Below are positions 37,264 to 45,907 of a DNA stretch of 64,000 nt, piece by piece; position 1 is the first letter of the stretch; each line of letters begins with the position of its first letter. The translations under genes were made by a program, and so were the position numbers. The notes under the pieces are model-generated. The model had not been told where the DNA came from. It saw nothing but the letters and a program-made list of their open reading frames with translations, and did no database searches. Source of the DNA: Clostridium sp. CAG:417. Lineage in GTDB: Bacteria > Bacillota_I > Bacilli_A > RF39 > UBA660. Location of the stretch: assembly GCA_000432835.1 (NCBI GenBank), contig FR890370.1, forward strand, positions 26,622-90,621, read 5' to 3'.

Positions 37264-37293
37264 AAAAGTATATATGAAAATATATGCTTTTTT
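37264..37293 (+). terminator. Rho-independent terminator after the surface protein gene
   Basis: AAAAGTATATAT-GAAA-ATATATGCTTTT hairpin followed by a T-run. Confidence 0.7.
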
Positions 37294-37360
37294 CAATAAA
37301 ACAATAATACTTACATAATATAAATAATATAGGTTAATATAATATAATGGAGGATATATA

Positions 37361-38683
37361 ATGGAATTAAAAAAAGAATATTTGGATAAACTAAAAGAAG
37401 AATATAAAGAAGATAAGATTAATAATTTACGTCGTCATGCTTTAAACAAAACAAAGATCAGTGATTTAGTAAGAGTAGGAGAACAAACAGAATATACTAG
37501 AAATAACTTCTCAATTAATATAGAAACACTCCCTGTAGCAAACCAATTAGCGAGTGGTAGATGTTGGATCTTTGCTGGTTGCAATATTTTAAGAGAACGC
37601 ATTGCTAAAAAATATAATTTAGAGGAGTTTGAACTTTCACAAAACTATGTTGCATTCTATGATAAGTTAGAAAAATGTAATTACTTCATAGAAACCGTTA
37701 TATCCTTAATTGATAAGAATAATGATGATAGGACATTATCATACATCTTAACCAGAGGTATTGAAGATGGTGGACAATGGGATATGTTTGTAAATATTGT
37801 AAAAAAATATGGCCTCGTGCCAAAAGATGCTTTTAACGAAACATATCAAAGTTCTAATACTAAAGAAATAGATAATATTCTTAATAGATATTTAAGAAAA
37901 TTTACATCTACCATTAGAAAAATGCATCATGAGGGAAAAGATGCTGAAATAAAATCACTCCACGAGAAGAGTATCAAAGAAATCTATAATCTATTGTGTA
38001 ACTGTTTTGGAGTTCCACCAGTAACTTTTTCTTTCGAATATGTTGATAAGGATAAAAACTACAATATTATCAAAGACATTACTCCACATGAATTCTTAGA
38101 AGACTTTGTTGAAGCATCCCTTGATGAATTCGTTAGTATTATTAATTCACCAACAGAGGATAAACCATTTAATGAATTATATACTGTTAAGTACCTAGGA
38201 AACGTTATCGAAGGCAATAAAATAAAATATATTAATTTACCAATTGAAAGATTTAAAGAGCTAGTTGTAATGCAATTGAGTGAAAAAGAAGCTGTTTGGT
38301 TTGGTAGTGATTGCAGTAAATATGGAGATAGAGAAGAAGGACTTTGGGATGATACCAGTTATAGTGAAGAAGATCTCCTTCAAATAGATATCAGTATGGA
38401 TAAGCAAACTATGCTAGATATGCGTGAAAGTGCCATGAATCACGCTATGGTTTTTACGGGTGTAAATATAGATAACCAAAAGCCAACCAAATGGAAAATT
38501 GAAAATAGTTGGGGAGATAAAACAGCTCATAAAGGATACTATGTCGCAACAGATACTTGGTTCGATAACTATGTATATCAAGCTGTAATTAATAAAAAGT
38601 ATCTTTCAGCAGAAGAATTAAAAATTTTATCAAATGATCCTATAGAGTTAGAACCTTGGGATCCAATGGGAACACTTGCTTAG
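37361..38683 (+). CDS. pepC: Aminopeptidase C (bleomycin hydrolase-type C1 cysteine peptidase)
   Basis: QLASGRCWIFA active-site Cys context, NHAMVFTG His and ENSWG motifs; 440 aa. Confidence 0.9.
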   Translation: MELKKEYLDKLKEEYKEDKINNLRRHALNKTKISDLVRVGEQTEYTRNNFSINIETLPVANQLASGRCWIFAGCNILRERIAKKYNLEEFELSQNYVAFYDKLEKCNYFIETVISLIDKNNDDRTLSYILTRGIEDGGQWDMFVNIVKKYGLVPKDAFNETYQSSNTKEIDNILNRYLRKFTSTIRKMHHEGKDAEIKSLHEKSIKEIYNLLCNCFGVPPVTFSFEYVDKDKNYNIIKDITPHEFLEDFVEASLDEFVSIINSPTEDKPFNELYTVKYLGNVIEGNKIKYINLPIERFKELVVMQLSEKEAVWFGSDCSKYGDREEGLWDDTSYSEEDLLQIDISMDKQTMLDMRESAMNHAMVFTGVNIDNQKPTKWKIENSWGDKTAHKGYYVATDTWFDNYVYQAVINKKYLSAEELKILSNDPIELEPWDPMGTLA

Positions 38684-38770
38684 TGTTCTTTTTATATTAA
38701 TTAAAACACAGTTAAATATTGATTTTATATTCGTTTTTAGATAAAATATAAATAACTGAGGTGCATAGCG

Positions 38771-39661
38771 ATGGAAGATGTGAAGAAATATTTTAAAGAG
38801 AATAGTCAAAACACACTAAAAGATAACTACATCAAAGCTTGTAGTGATGAAGTTTTCCAAAATTATGTTCACCAATTACCTATTAAAGAAGAAGTTTTAG
38901 TAAAATATACATCTTCATTAGAAGAATGTGTCAAACAAAGAAAAAAATGTATGCATTGTCCAGGCCTTAAAGAATGTCCTCAAGAAGTAAAAGGATTTGT
39001 ATTAACACCCGAACAAATTGATAAAAGAGTAATTTTTTCTTATGTTGCCTGTAGTAAGAAACAAAGTATTTTATATAAGGATAATGTTACCTACTTTGAT
39101 GTTTCAAAAGATATTAGAAACGCCTCACTAAAAGAGGTTTATACTGATGATAAAGGTCGTGTCCCAATCATCAAGTACTTTAACGACTTTATGAAAAAAT
39201 ATGGCAAGGAAGACACCAAAGGCTTGTACTTGACCGGCTCATTTGGAACAGGTAAGACTTATTTAATATCTGCCTTATTAAATGATATGGCCAAGAAAAA
39301 TATTAAAAGTACTATCGTTTATTATCCTGAATTTTTAAGAGAATTAAAATCATCCTTTGGCTCAGACTTTGATGAAAAATATAATGCTGCCAAAAAAAGT
39401 CCCATTTTATTTATAGACGATATTGGAGCTGAAAACTGCAGTAGTTGGTCAAGAGATGAAATATTAGGATCCATATTACAATACAGAATGGAAGAACACT
39501 TAACCACTTTCTTTACGTCAAATTTGACTTTACAAGAATTAGAAAATCACCTCTCCATAACCAGTAGTGGAGTAGAAAAAGTAAAAGCAAGACGAATTAT
39601 TGAAAGAATTAAGCAATTAACAATCCCATTAGAATTAGTAAGTAAAAATAGGAGAAAATAA
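38771..39661 (+). CDS. dnaI: Primosomal helicase loader DnaI
   Basis: N-terminal Cys-rich domain (CMHCPGLKECP), Walker A GSFGTGKTYL and Walker B LFIDDIGAE. Confidence 0.85.
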   Translation: MEDVKKYFKENSQNTLKDNYIKACSDEVFQNYVHQLPIKEEVLVKYTSSLEECVKQRKKCMHCPGLKECPQEVKGFVLTPEQIDKRVIFSYVACSKKQSILYKDNVTYFDVSKDIRNASLKEVYTDDKGRVPIIKYFNDFMKKYGKEDTKGLYLTGSFGTGKTYLISALLNDMAKKNIKSTIVYYPEFLRELKSSFGSDFDEKYNAAKKSPILFIDDIGAENCSSWSRDEILGSILQYRMEEHLTTFFTSNLTLQELENHLSITSSGVEKVKARRIIERIKQLTIPLELVSKNRRK

Positions 39662-39662
39662 T

Positions 39663-41567
39663 ATGGATAAGGTATTAAAAAATAAGGAAAATATAATAAC
39701 TATATTTAAAAATAAAAAAATAAGTAAACCTAAATTAGAAGAATACTTAGGAACAGAACTATCAAATGAAGTTATAAATGAACTTTTGTTCCTTATAAAT
39801 AACATTGTAAAAAGTGATTCTTCAGTAGATATAGAAGAAAATATCATTAATATGCTAGATTACACTAAATGTTTATTAGATGAAAATGAGAATATTAATA
39901 AAAAAGCAATAGAAAGAAAAGTTCGAAAAATAGAAGAATCTCTAGATACTTATCTGCAAGAGGCAAAGTTTACCCCTCACAGGAAAGAAGAATATATTGC
40001 TTTAAAGAATAATATTACGCCTTATTTAGATAGACTTACCGTCGTAAAAAAGAAAGAAATTAGTCATAATGAGCTACTTTATCAACTAATATATAATGTC
40101 AAAAATATAGAGTATATAAAACTATCTCTTGATGTTTTAAACATCACAAGTACACCTCAATTTGAAGGAAAGACACTTTTAGAAACTATTGTTATTACCT
40201 ACGCTAGTAAACTAGATAAAATTGATATTATGCTAGATGAGGTTAGGTATTATGATACAGTTATTAAAATGCTTGTTGAAAATGAATTATCAAATATAAG
40301 TTATGAAGATAAGAAGAAAGCTCTTTCTTATTTAAAGAAAACAAAATATACACTTAAATCAAAAGATAGGCTTGGTAGAGAAAAGACTAAATACATTTCA
40401 GCACTGATTGAATATTTAAAAGAAAACGTAAATGGTGACAAGTATTTGGATGAGTTATCAAAACGCTATAGTGTAAACATAAAAAAAGCCGATGGACCTA
40501 CTTTAGGAGATATTAATCCCTACATAAATAATAGAGTTATTAGTAATGATTTCATTATTTCGATTGATAATTCTTGTACCGGTGAAATTGATGATGCTAT
40601 ATCATGTAAAAGACTTCCTAATGGTAACTATTTATTAGGAATTCATATTACTGATATCTTTGGCTACTTCAATATCAATAGTGCCATCGTGAAAGAGGCC
40701 TATGATAAAGTTACAACAATTTATTCTAATGGTCTATTCATTCCGATGTTTCCTATGAACATTGCTATAGATCAAGCATCTCTTATAGAAAACAGACCTC
40801 GTTATGCTGATTCTCATTACTATGAAATAACAAAGAACGGTGAAGTGGTATCTGATATTATTATGCCAACCATCATTACAAATAATAAAAAGCTTAATTA
40901 TGAACAAGCCAATAAAATTATTAAAGAAGATAAAAGTAGAAATGAAGAATTATTAACTACTATAGAAAGCCTCATAGAAGTAGGAGATATTTTAGAAAGA
41001 AAGTTTCAAACAAGTTCACTATATCTAAGTAATAAAGTTAATACACTAGATCCATCCTGTAGTAAAGTAGGACAGAGTGCTGCCGAAAAGATAGTTCTAT
41101 ATACTATGCTTTTAGAAAATAGTAATATGGCCGAATATTTCTATAAAAATAATTATCCTTTAATTTATAGAACTCACTCTTTTGAAACTAACTATGACCA
41201 AGAAAAAGAAAATATTTTAAAACAGTTAAACATGATAGCAACAGATGATATCGATAAATTTATAAAGTCACTAATAGATATTAAACCACAATCAACCTAT
41301 GCTATTTCAGGAAGTCATGAAGGTCTAGGCCTAAAACATTATTGTCACTCAACATCTCCCGAAAGAAGATTTGCTGATTTATGGAACAGATATTTAAATA
41401 AAAGATGTCGTATGGAAAATAGTAATGACCCTGATATCTATAAACTAGAAAAAGAAACCAAAAGAGTAATAGAACGTATAAATGAACAACTAATTCATAT
41501 AAATAGTTTTTCTGTTGATTATAATGAATATTTAAGAAAAAATAGGCAAAAGATTAAGACTAAGTAG
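39663..41567 (+). CDS. RNB-domain (RNase II/R family) protein with an unrecognised N-terminal ~270 aa
   Basis: CTGEIDDAISC and PERRFADLWN-type RNB motifs. No obvious CSD or S1 domains. It starts 1 nt after the dnaI stop. Confidence 0.7.
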   Translation: MDKVLKNKENIITIFKNKKISKPKLEEYLGTELSNEVINELLFLINNIVKSDSSVDIEENIINMLDYTKCLLDENENINKKAIERKVRKIEESLDTYLQEAKFTPHRKEEYIALKNNITPYLDRLTVVKKKEISHNELLYQLIYNVKNIEYIKLSLDVLNITSTPQFEGKTLLETIVITYASKLDKIDIMLDEVRYYDTVIKMLVENELSNISYEDKKKALSYLKKTKYTLKSKDRLGREKTKYISALIEYLKENVNGDKYLDELSKRYSVNIKKADGPTLGDINPYINNRVISNDFIISIDNSCTGEIDDAISCKRLPNGNYLLGIHITDIFGYFNINSAIVKEAYDKVTTIYSNGLFIPMFPMNIAIDQASLIENRPRYADSHYYEITKNGEVVSDIIMPTIITNNKKLNYEQANKIIKEDKSRNEELLTTIESLIEVGDILERKFQTSSLYLSNKVNTLDPSCSKVGQSAAEKIVLYTMLLENSNMAEYFYKNNYPLIYRTHSFETNYDQEKENILKQLNMIATDDIDKFIKSLIDIKPQSTYAISGSHEGLGLKHYCHSTSPERRFADLWNRYLNKRCRMENSNDPDIYKLEKETKRVIERINEQLIHINSFSVDYNEYLRKNRQKIKTK

Positions 41568-41584
41568 TTGCAATGAAAGAAAAA

Positions 41585-41806
41585 TTGTGATATAAATTAA
41601 ATGTACGTTAAATACAAAGAGAAAGGACATGATTAACTTTAATCTTTTTAAAGAGAGTCTAAGCTGCTGGAATTTAGATAAAAGACAAGTTAGTTACTAC
41701 CTTTTTAGTAGAATTATGCAAAGTAATTCCGGGGAAACTCGTTACATTTGTAAGTTAAACAAAGGATGGTACCGTGCTTATGCACTCCTGTATCATCCTT
41801 TTTGTG
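41585..41806 (+). promoter_or_regulatory. T-box leader (Thr specifier candidate) upstream of dut-thrS
   Basis: Stem I elements AGAGAGTCTAAGCTGCTGGAA. The specifier region is GTTACTACCTT (ACT/ACC). The T-box core is AAGGATGGTACCGTG (41762-41776). A terminator GGATGGTAC...GTATCATCC plus TTTTTG ends at ~41804. Confidence 0.8.
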
Positions 41807-41816
41807 TGGAAAGGAA

Positions 41817-42302
41817 ATGTCTATGAGAAAGTTTGAAAAGATAAGCTTTGAACAATTTAAAAAAGATGTCTGTTCTGATGAAGATTTATATAATGAATAT
41901 AGTCTTCCTAAACGAGGTACCAAGTATAGTGCTGGCTATGACTTTTTCGCATTACAGCCATTCACTCTAAAACCAGGAGAAACCATAAAAGTACCAACAG
42001 GTGTTAAGGTCACGATGAATGAAGACGAAATGTTGATGATTGTTGTAAGAAGTAGTCAAGGGTTTAAATATAACGTTAGATTATGTAACCAAGTAGGAAT
42101 TATAGAAAGTGACTATTACAACAATGAAACAAATGAAGGACATCTTTTTATAAGACTTCAAAACCATGGAGATAAAGATTATATAGTTAAAAAGGGCGAT
42201 GCTATTTGTCAAGCTATATTTACAAAATTTTTAACTGTAGATAATGAAGAAAAAATAACAACAGAAAGGATCGGTGGATTTGGTTCCACTAATGGTAGAT
42301 AA
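41817..42302 (+). CDS. dut: dUTP diphosphatase (trimeric, YncF/YosS-like)
   Basis: AGYDFFA, VVRSSQG, GIIESDYY, KGDAICQ and RIGGFGSTNGR motifs. The ATG at 41817 (or 41823) follows GGAAAGGAA, about 12 nt after the T-box terminator. Confidence 0.85.
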   Translation: MSMRKFEKISFEQFKKDVCSDEDLYNEYSLPKRGTKYSAGYDFFALQPFTLKPGETIKVPTGVKVTMNEDEMLMIVVRSSQGFKYNVRLCNQVGIIESDYYNNETNEGHLFIRLQNHGDKDYIVKKGDAICQAIFTKFLTVDNEEKITTERIGGFGSTNGR

Positions 42303-42303
42303 T

Positions 42304-44055
42304 ATGAATATTAAAGAAAATGAAAGATTACAACGTTTAAATCACAGTGGAGCACATTTACTTGCTCAAGCTGTAAAACATTTATATCCTAATGCAAAGT
42401 TTTGGGTAGGACCAGTAATTGAAGAAGGATTCTATTACGATATTGATTTAGGAAATGTTACTCTAACAGAAGAAGATTTGCCTAAAATTGAAAAGGAAAT
42501 GAAGAAAATAGTAAAAGACGGTAAGAAGATCATTAGACATGAATTAACAAGACAAGAAGCTTTAGAAATGTTTAAAAATGATGAATATAAGATAGATCTT
42601 ATCGAAAGAATGCCAGAGGATGAAGTAATAACTTGCTATTCTCAGGGTGATTTTACTGACTTATGTCGTGGACCACATGTTGAAAGCACTAAAGAGTTAA
42701 AGCACTTTAAACTTTTAAAAGTATCTGGAGCATATTATAAAGGTGACTCCAAAAATAAAATGCTTCAAAGAATTTATGGTATTTGCTTTGATACAGAAGA
42801 AGAGTTACAAAAGCATCTTGAATTCTTGGAAGACTGTAAACAAAGAGATCACAGAAAATTAGGTAAAGATTTGGGCATATTTATGTTCTCAGAATTAGTA
42901 GGAAAAGGTCTACCAATGTGGTTACCTAATGGCTTTACAGTAAGACAAAACCTTGTAAATTATATTATGAATAAAGAAATTAGCTTAGGTTACAAACATG
43001 TTATGACACCATCACTAGGAAATGTTGATTTATATAAAACATCAGGTCACTGGGATCACTATAAAGAAGATATGTTTCCAGCTATGGAATTAGATGATGA
43101 AGCTTATGTTTTAAGACCGATGAACTGTCCACATCACATGATGATGTTTAAAAACAGTCTTCATTCATATCGTGATCTACCAGTAAGAATAGCAGAAATT
43201 GCTAATGACTTCAGATATGAAGCTAGTGGTGCAGTATGTGGTATTGAAAGAACAAGAGCCTTCACTCAAAATGATTCACATATTTTCTGCCGCCTTGATC
43301 AAATAAAAGATGAATTCCAAGGAGTAGTAAAATTAATACTTGATGTTTACAAAGACTTTGGCTTCAATGACTATGAATTCAGATTATCATTAAGAGATAA
43401 AAATGATAAAGAAAAATATTTCGATAACGACGAAATGTGGGATAAAGCAGAAAATGAATTAAGAAAAGTTTTAACAGAGCTTAATATACCATTCTATGAA
43501 ACAGAAGGAGAAGCTGCATTCTATGGACCTAAATTAGACGTCCAAGTAAAAAGCGCTATTGGACATGATGTAACCCTTTCAACATGTCAATTAGATTTCT
43601 TATTACCAGAAAGATTTGAACTTACATATATAGATGAAGAAGGCAAGAAAGTAAGACCAGTAGTAATTCATAGAGCAATTCTTGGTTCTCTAGATAGATT
43701 TATTGCCTTCCTATTAGAAGAAACAAAAGGTGCACTACCATTATGGCTTGCTCCAGTTCAGGTAAATATTATTCCCGTATCAAGTGAACACCAATTAGAC
43801 TATGCTTATGAAGTAAAAGAAATATTAGAAAAATCAGGAATAAGAGTGGAAGTAGATGCTCGTAATGAAAAACTTGGTTATCGTATGAGAGAGTCTCAAA
43901 CTAAAAAAATACCATATACTTTAGTTCTAGGTGACAATGAAAAAGAAAATAAAACTGTAACTTATAGAAAACATGGTAGCAGTGATAAAGAAACTCTAAG
44001 TATTGATGACTTTAAAGAATTAGTATTAACACAAATAGAAGAAAAAGCTCTTTAA
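42304..44055 (+). CDS. thrS: Threonine--tRNA ligase (no N-terminal TGS domain)
   Basis: It begins at the editing domain (RLNHSGAHLLAQAVKHLYP). It has a class II core (RPMNCPHHM, FRYEASGA, GFTQNDSH-type motifs) and an anticodon-binding C-terminus. The ATG at 42304 lies 1 nt after the dut stop. Confidence 0.95.
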   Translation: MNIKENERLQRLNHSGAHLLAQAVKHLYPNAKFWVGPVIEEGFYYDIDLGNVTLTEEDLPKIEKEMKKIVKDGKKIIRHELTRQEALEMFKNDEYKIDLIERMPEDEVITCYSQGDFTDLCRGPHVESTKELKHFKLLKVSGAYYKGDSKNKMLQRIYGICFDTEEELQKHLEFLEDCKQRDHRKLGKDLGIFMFSELVGKGLPMWLPNGFTVRQNLVNYIMNKEISLGYKHVMTPSLGNVDLYKTSGHWDHYKEDMFPAMELDDEAYVLRPMNCPHHMMMFKNSLHSYRDLPVRIAEIANDFRYEASGAVCGIERTRAFTQNDSHIFCRLDQIKDEFQGVVKLILDVYKDFGFNDYEFRLSLRDKNDKEKYFDNDEMWDKAENELRKVLTELNIPFYETEGEAAFYGPKLDVQVKSAIGHDVTLSTCQLDFLLPERFELTYIDEEGKKVRPVVIHRAILGSLDRFIAFLLEETKGALPLWLAPVQVNIIPVSSEHQLDYAYEVKEILEKSGIRVEVDARNEKLGYRMRESQTKKIPYTLVLGDNEKENKTVTYRKHGSSDKETLSIDDFKELVLTQIEEKAL

Positions 44056-44072
44056 AATAGTTTAAAAAGATT

Positions 44073-44099
44073 AACTAGAAGGAAACTTCTAGTTTTTTT
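44073..44099 (+). terminator. Rho-independent terminator after thrS
   Basis: AACTAGAAG-GAAA-CTTCTAGTT hairpin followed by T5. Confidence 0.8.
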
Positions 44100-44133
44100 A
44101 TGTGTCAATCTTTGATAATTATTGTCAAAAAAC

Positions 44134-44198
44134 TTTACAAAATAAATAACATGGGGTATTATTATGGTAAGCAGTGGTTAATAGTGGGGAAAAGTGGT
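44134..44198 (+). promoter_or_regulatory. dcw promoter plus three phased AGTGG(T/G) boxes (MraZ operator candidate)
   Basis: TTTACA (44134-39), a 17-nt spacer, TATTAT (44157-62). Then AGTGGT (44173-78), AGTGGG (44183-88) and AGTGGT (44193-98), spaced exactly 10 bp apart, immediately upstream of mraZ. Confidence 0.7.
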
Positions 44199-44206
44199 GA
44201 ATATTT

Positions 44207-44644
44207 ATGTTAATGGGAGAATACCATCACAATATAGATGATAAAGGAAGATTAACAATTCCCTCTAAATTTAGAGATGATTTAGGAGAAAAGTTTGTAA
44301 TCACAAGAGGCCTTGAGAATTGCTTATTTGCATATTCTTTAGATGACTTTCAAAAAATAGTTGCTGAATTACAAAAAATCCCATTTACTAAAAAAGATGC
44401 CCGCCAGTTTATGCGATTTTTCCTATCTGGAGCCACTACTGTAGAATTTGATAAACAAGGACGTATTAACATTTCTTCTCCTTTAATTTCCTATGCTGGA
44501 TTAAAAAAAGAATGTATTATCATAGGAACAGGAGATAGACTTGAAATATGGTCTAGCGACAACTGGAATGATTTCTTTGATTCTACAAAAGATAATATGT
44601 CCGATATAGCTGAAAACCTATTCAGCAATAATATAGACTTGTAG
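44207..44644 (+). CDS. mraZ: Transcriptional regulator MraZ
   Basis: MLMGEYHHNIDDKGRLTIPSKFR and a second DKQGRINI SpoVT/AbrB-like repeat. Confidence 0.9.
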   Translation: MLMGEYHHNIDDKGRLTIPSKFRDDLGEKFVITRGLENCLFAYSLDDFQKIVAELQKIPFTKKDARQFMRFFLSGATTVEFDKQGRINISSPLISYAGLKKECIIIGTGDRLEIWSSDNWNDFFDSTKDNMSDIAENLFSNNIDL

Positions 44645-44652
44645 GTGATAAT

Positions 44653-45576
44653 ATGCATATTAGTGTTTTAAAAGATGAATTGATAAACAATCTAAACCTA
44701 AAAGAGGATAGTATTATTGTTGATGGAACACTTGGTTATGCCGGAGATAGTAGTATCATCTTAGAAAGAATAAAAAAGGGGTTTTTATTCGCCTTCGATC
44801 AAGATAGTGAAGCAATAGAATATAGTACCAATGTTTTAAATAAGATTGGTACTAACTTCACTATTATCAAAAGTAATTTTGTTAATCTTAAACAAGAATT
44901 AAACAAACGCGGAATTGAAAAAATAGATGGTGCTATATTCGACTTAGGAGTGTCAAGTCCCCAATTAGATAATGGAAGACGAGGATTTAGTTATCATGAG
45001 GATGCAAGACTCGATATGAGAATGGATAAAGATAATCCTCTAGACGCTTATTATGTCGTAAATAATTATGATTTAAATGATTTAACACGAATATTTAGAG
45101 ATTATGGTGAAGATAAGTTTGCTTATCAAATAGCTAAAAAAATAGTCAAACAAAGGGAAGAAAAGCCAATTGAAACAACATTAGAGTTAGTAGAAGTGAT
45201 CAAAAGTGCGGTTCCTGAGAAAGAAAAGAGAAAAAAGCATCCTGCTAAACAAATATTTCAAGCTATAAGAATAGAAGTAAATCACGAACTAGATGTTATA
45301 AAGCCAGCCTTAGAACAAGCTTTAGAAATGCTAAATGTTGGTGGAAGAGTAGAAGTTATAACATTTCATTCTCTAGAAGATAAAATAGTAAAAAAATATT
45401 TTAAAGAAGTATGTAGTATAGATGATAAAATTAAAGGATTACCCAATATACCAAAAGAATACTTACCAGATTTTAAATTAGTAGTTAATAAAGCTATAAT
45501 ACCAACAGATAAAGAATTAGAAAATAATAATAGAGCACGAAGCGCCAAACTTCGCATAATAGAAAGAGTAAAATAA
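44653..45576 (+). CDS. rsmH: 16S rRNA (cytosine1402-N4)-methyltransferase RsmH
   Basis: HISVLKDE, DGTLGYAGDS, FDLGVSSPQLD and FHSLEDKIVK motifs. Confidence 0.9.
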   Translation: MHISVLKDELINNLNLKEDSIIVDGTLGYAGDSSIILERIKKGFLFAFDQDSEAIEYSTNVLNKIGTNFTIIKSNFVNLKQELNKRGIEKIDGAIFDLGVSSPQLDNGRRGFSYHEDARLDMRMDKDNPLDAYYVVNNYDLNDLTRIFRDYGEDKFAYQIAKKIVKQREEKPIETTLELVEVIKSAVPEKEKRKKHPAKQIFQAIRIEVNHELDVIKPALEQALEMLNVGGRVEVITFHSLEDKIVKKYFKEVCSIDDKIKGLPNIPKEYLPDFKLVVNKAIIPTDKELENNNRARSAKLRIIERVK

Positions 45577-45589
45577 GGAAAGTGATAAT

Positions 45590-45886
45590 ATGAAAAAGAA
45601 AAAGATGAAGAAAAAGGTTAAAATATCTAAATTTGAAAGATTAATTTATACACTTGCTGTTACATTAGTGTTAATGGCTCCAATTTCAATAGTCTTTTCT
45701 AAAGCAACACTTTCAAAATTAAACTTCGAGGTAGAAGAAAAGAAACAAGAAATAACATCTCAACAGAAGAAAAATGATTCTCTAGCTATGGCTATTGATG
45801 AATTGGCCTCTCTTACTAAGATTCAACAAGTTGCACAAAGTGAAGGATTGAGTTATAATAATGCTAATATAAAGGTTGTAAGATAG
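45590..45886 (+). CDS. ftsL: FtsL-like cell division protein
   Basis: 98 aa with a basic N-terminus, a single TM and a coiled-coil ectodomain. It sits between rsmH and the PBP gene. Confidence 0.6.
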   Translation: MKKKKMKKKVKISKFERLIYTLAVTLVLMAPISIVFSKATLSKLNFEVEEKKQEITSQQKKNDSLAMAIDELASLTKIQQVAQSEGLSYNNANIKVVR

Positions 45887-45907
45887 ACAGTTAAGGACGT
45901 GGTTTAA

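Noticed and set aside
41629-41923. Two short ORFs (41629-41826 + and 41714-41923 -) between the RNB gene and dut.
   Set aside because: They lie inside a region that folds and reads as a T-box leader with a conserved core and terminator. They have no RBS.
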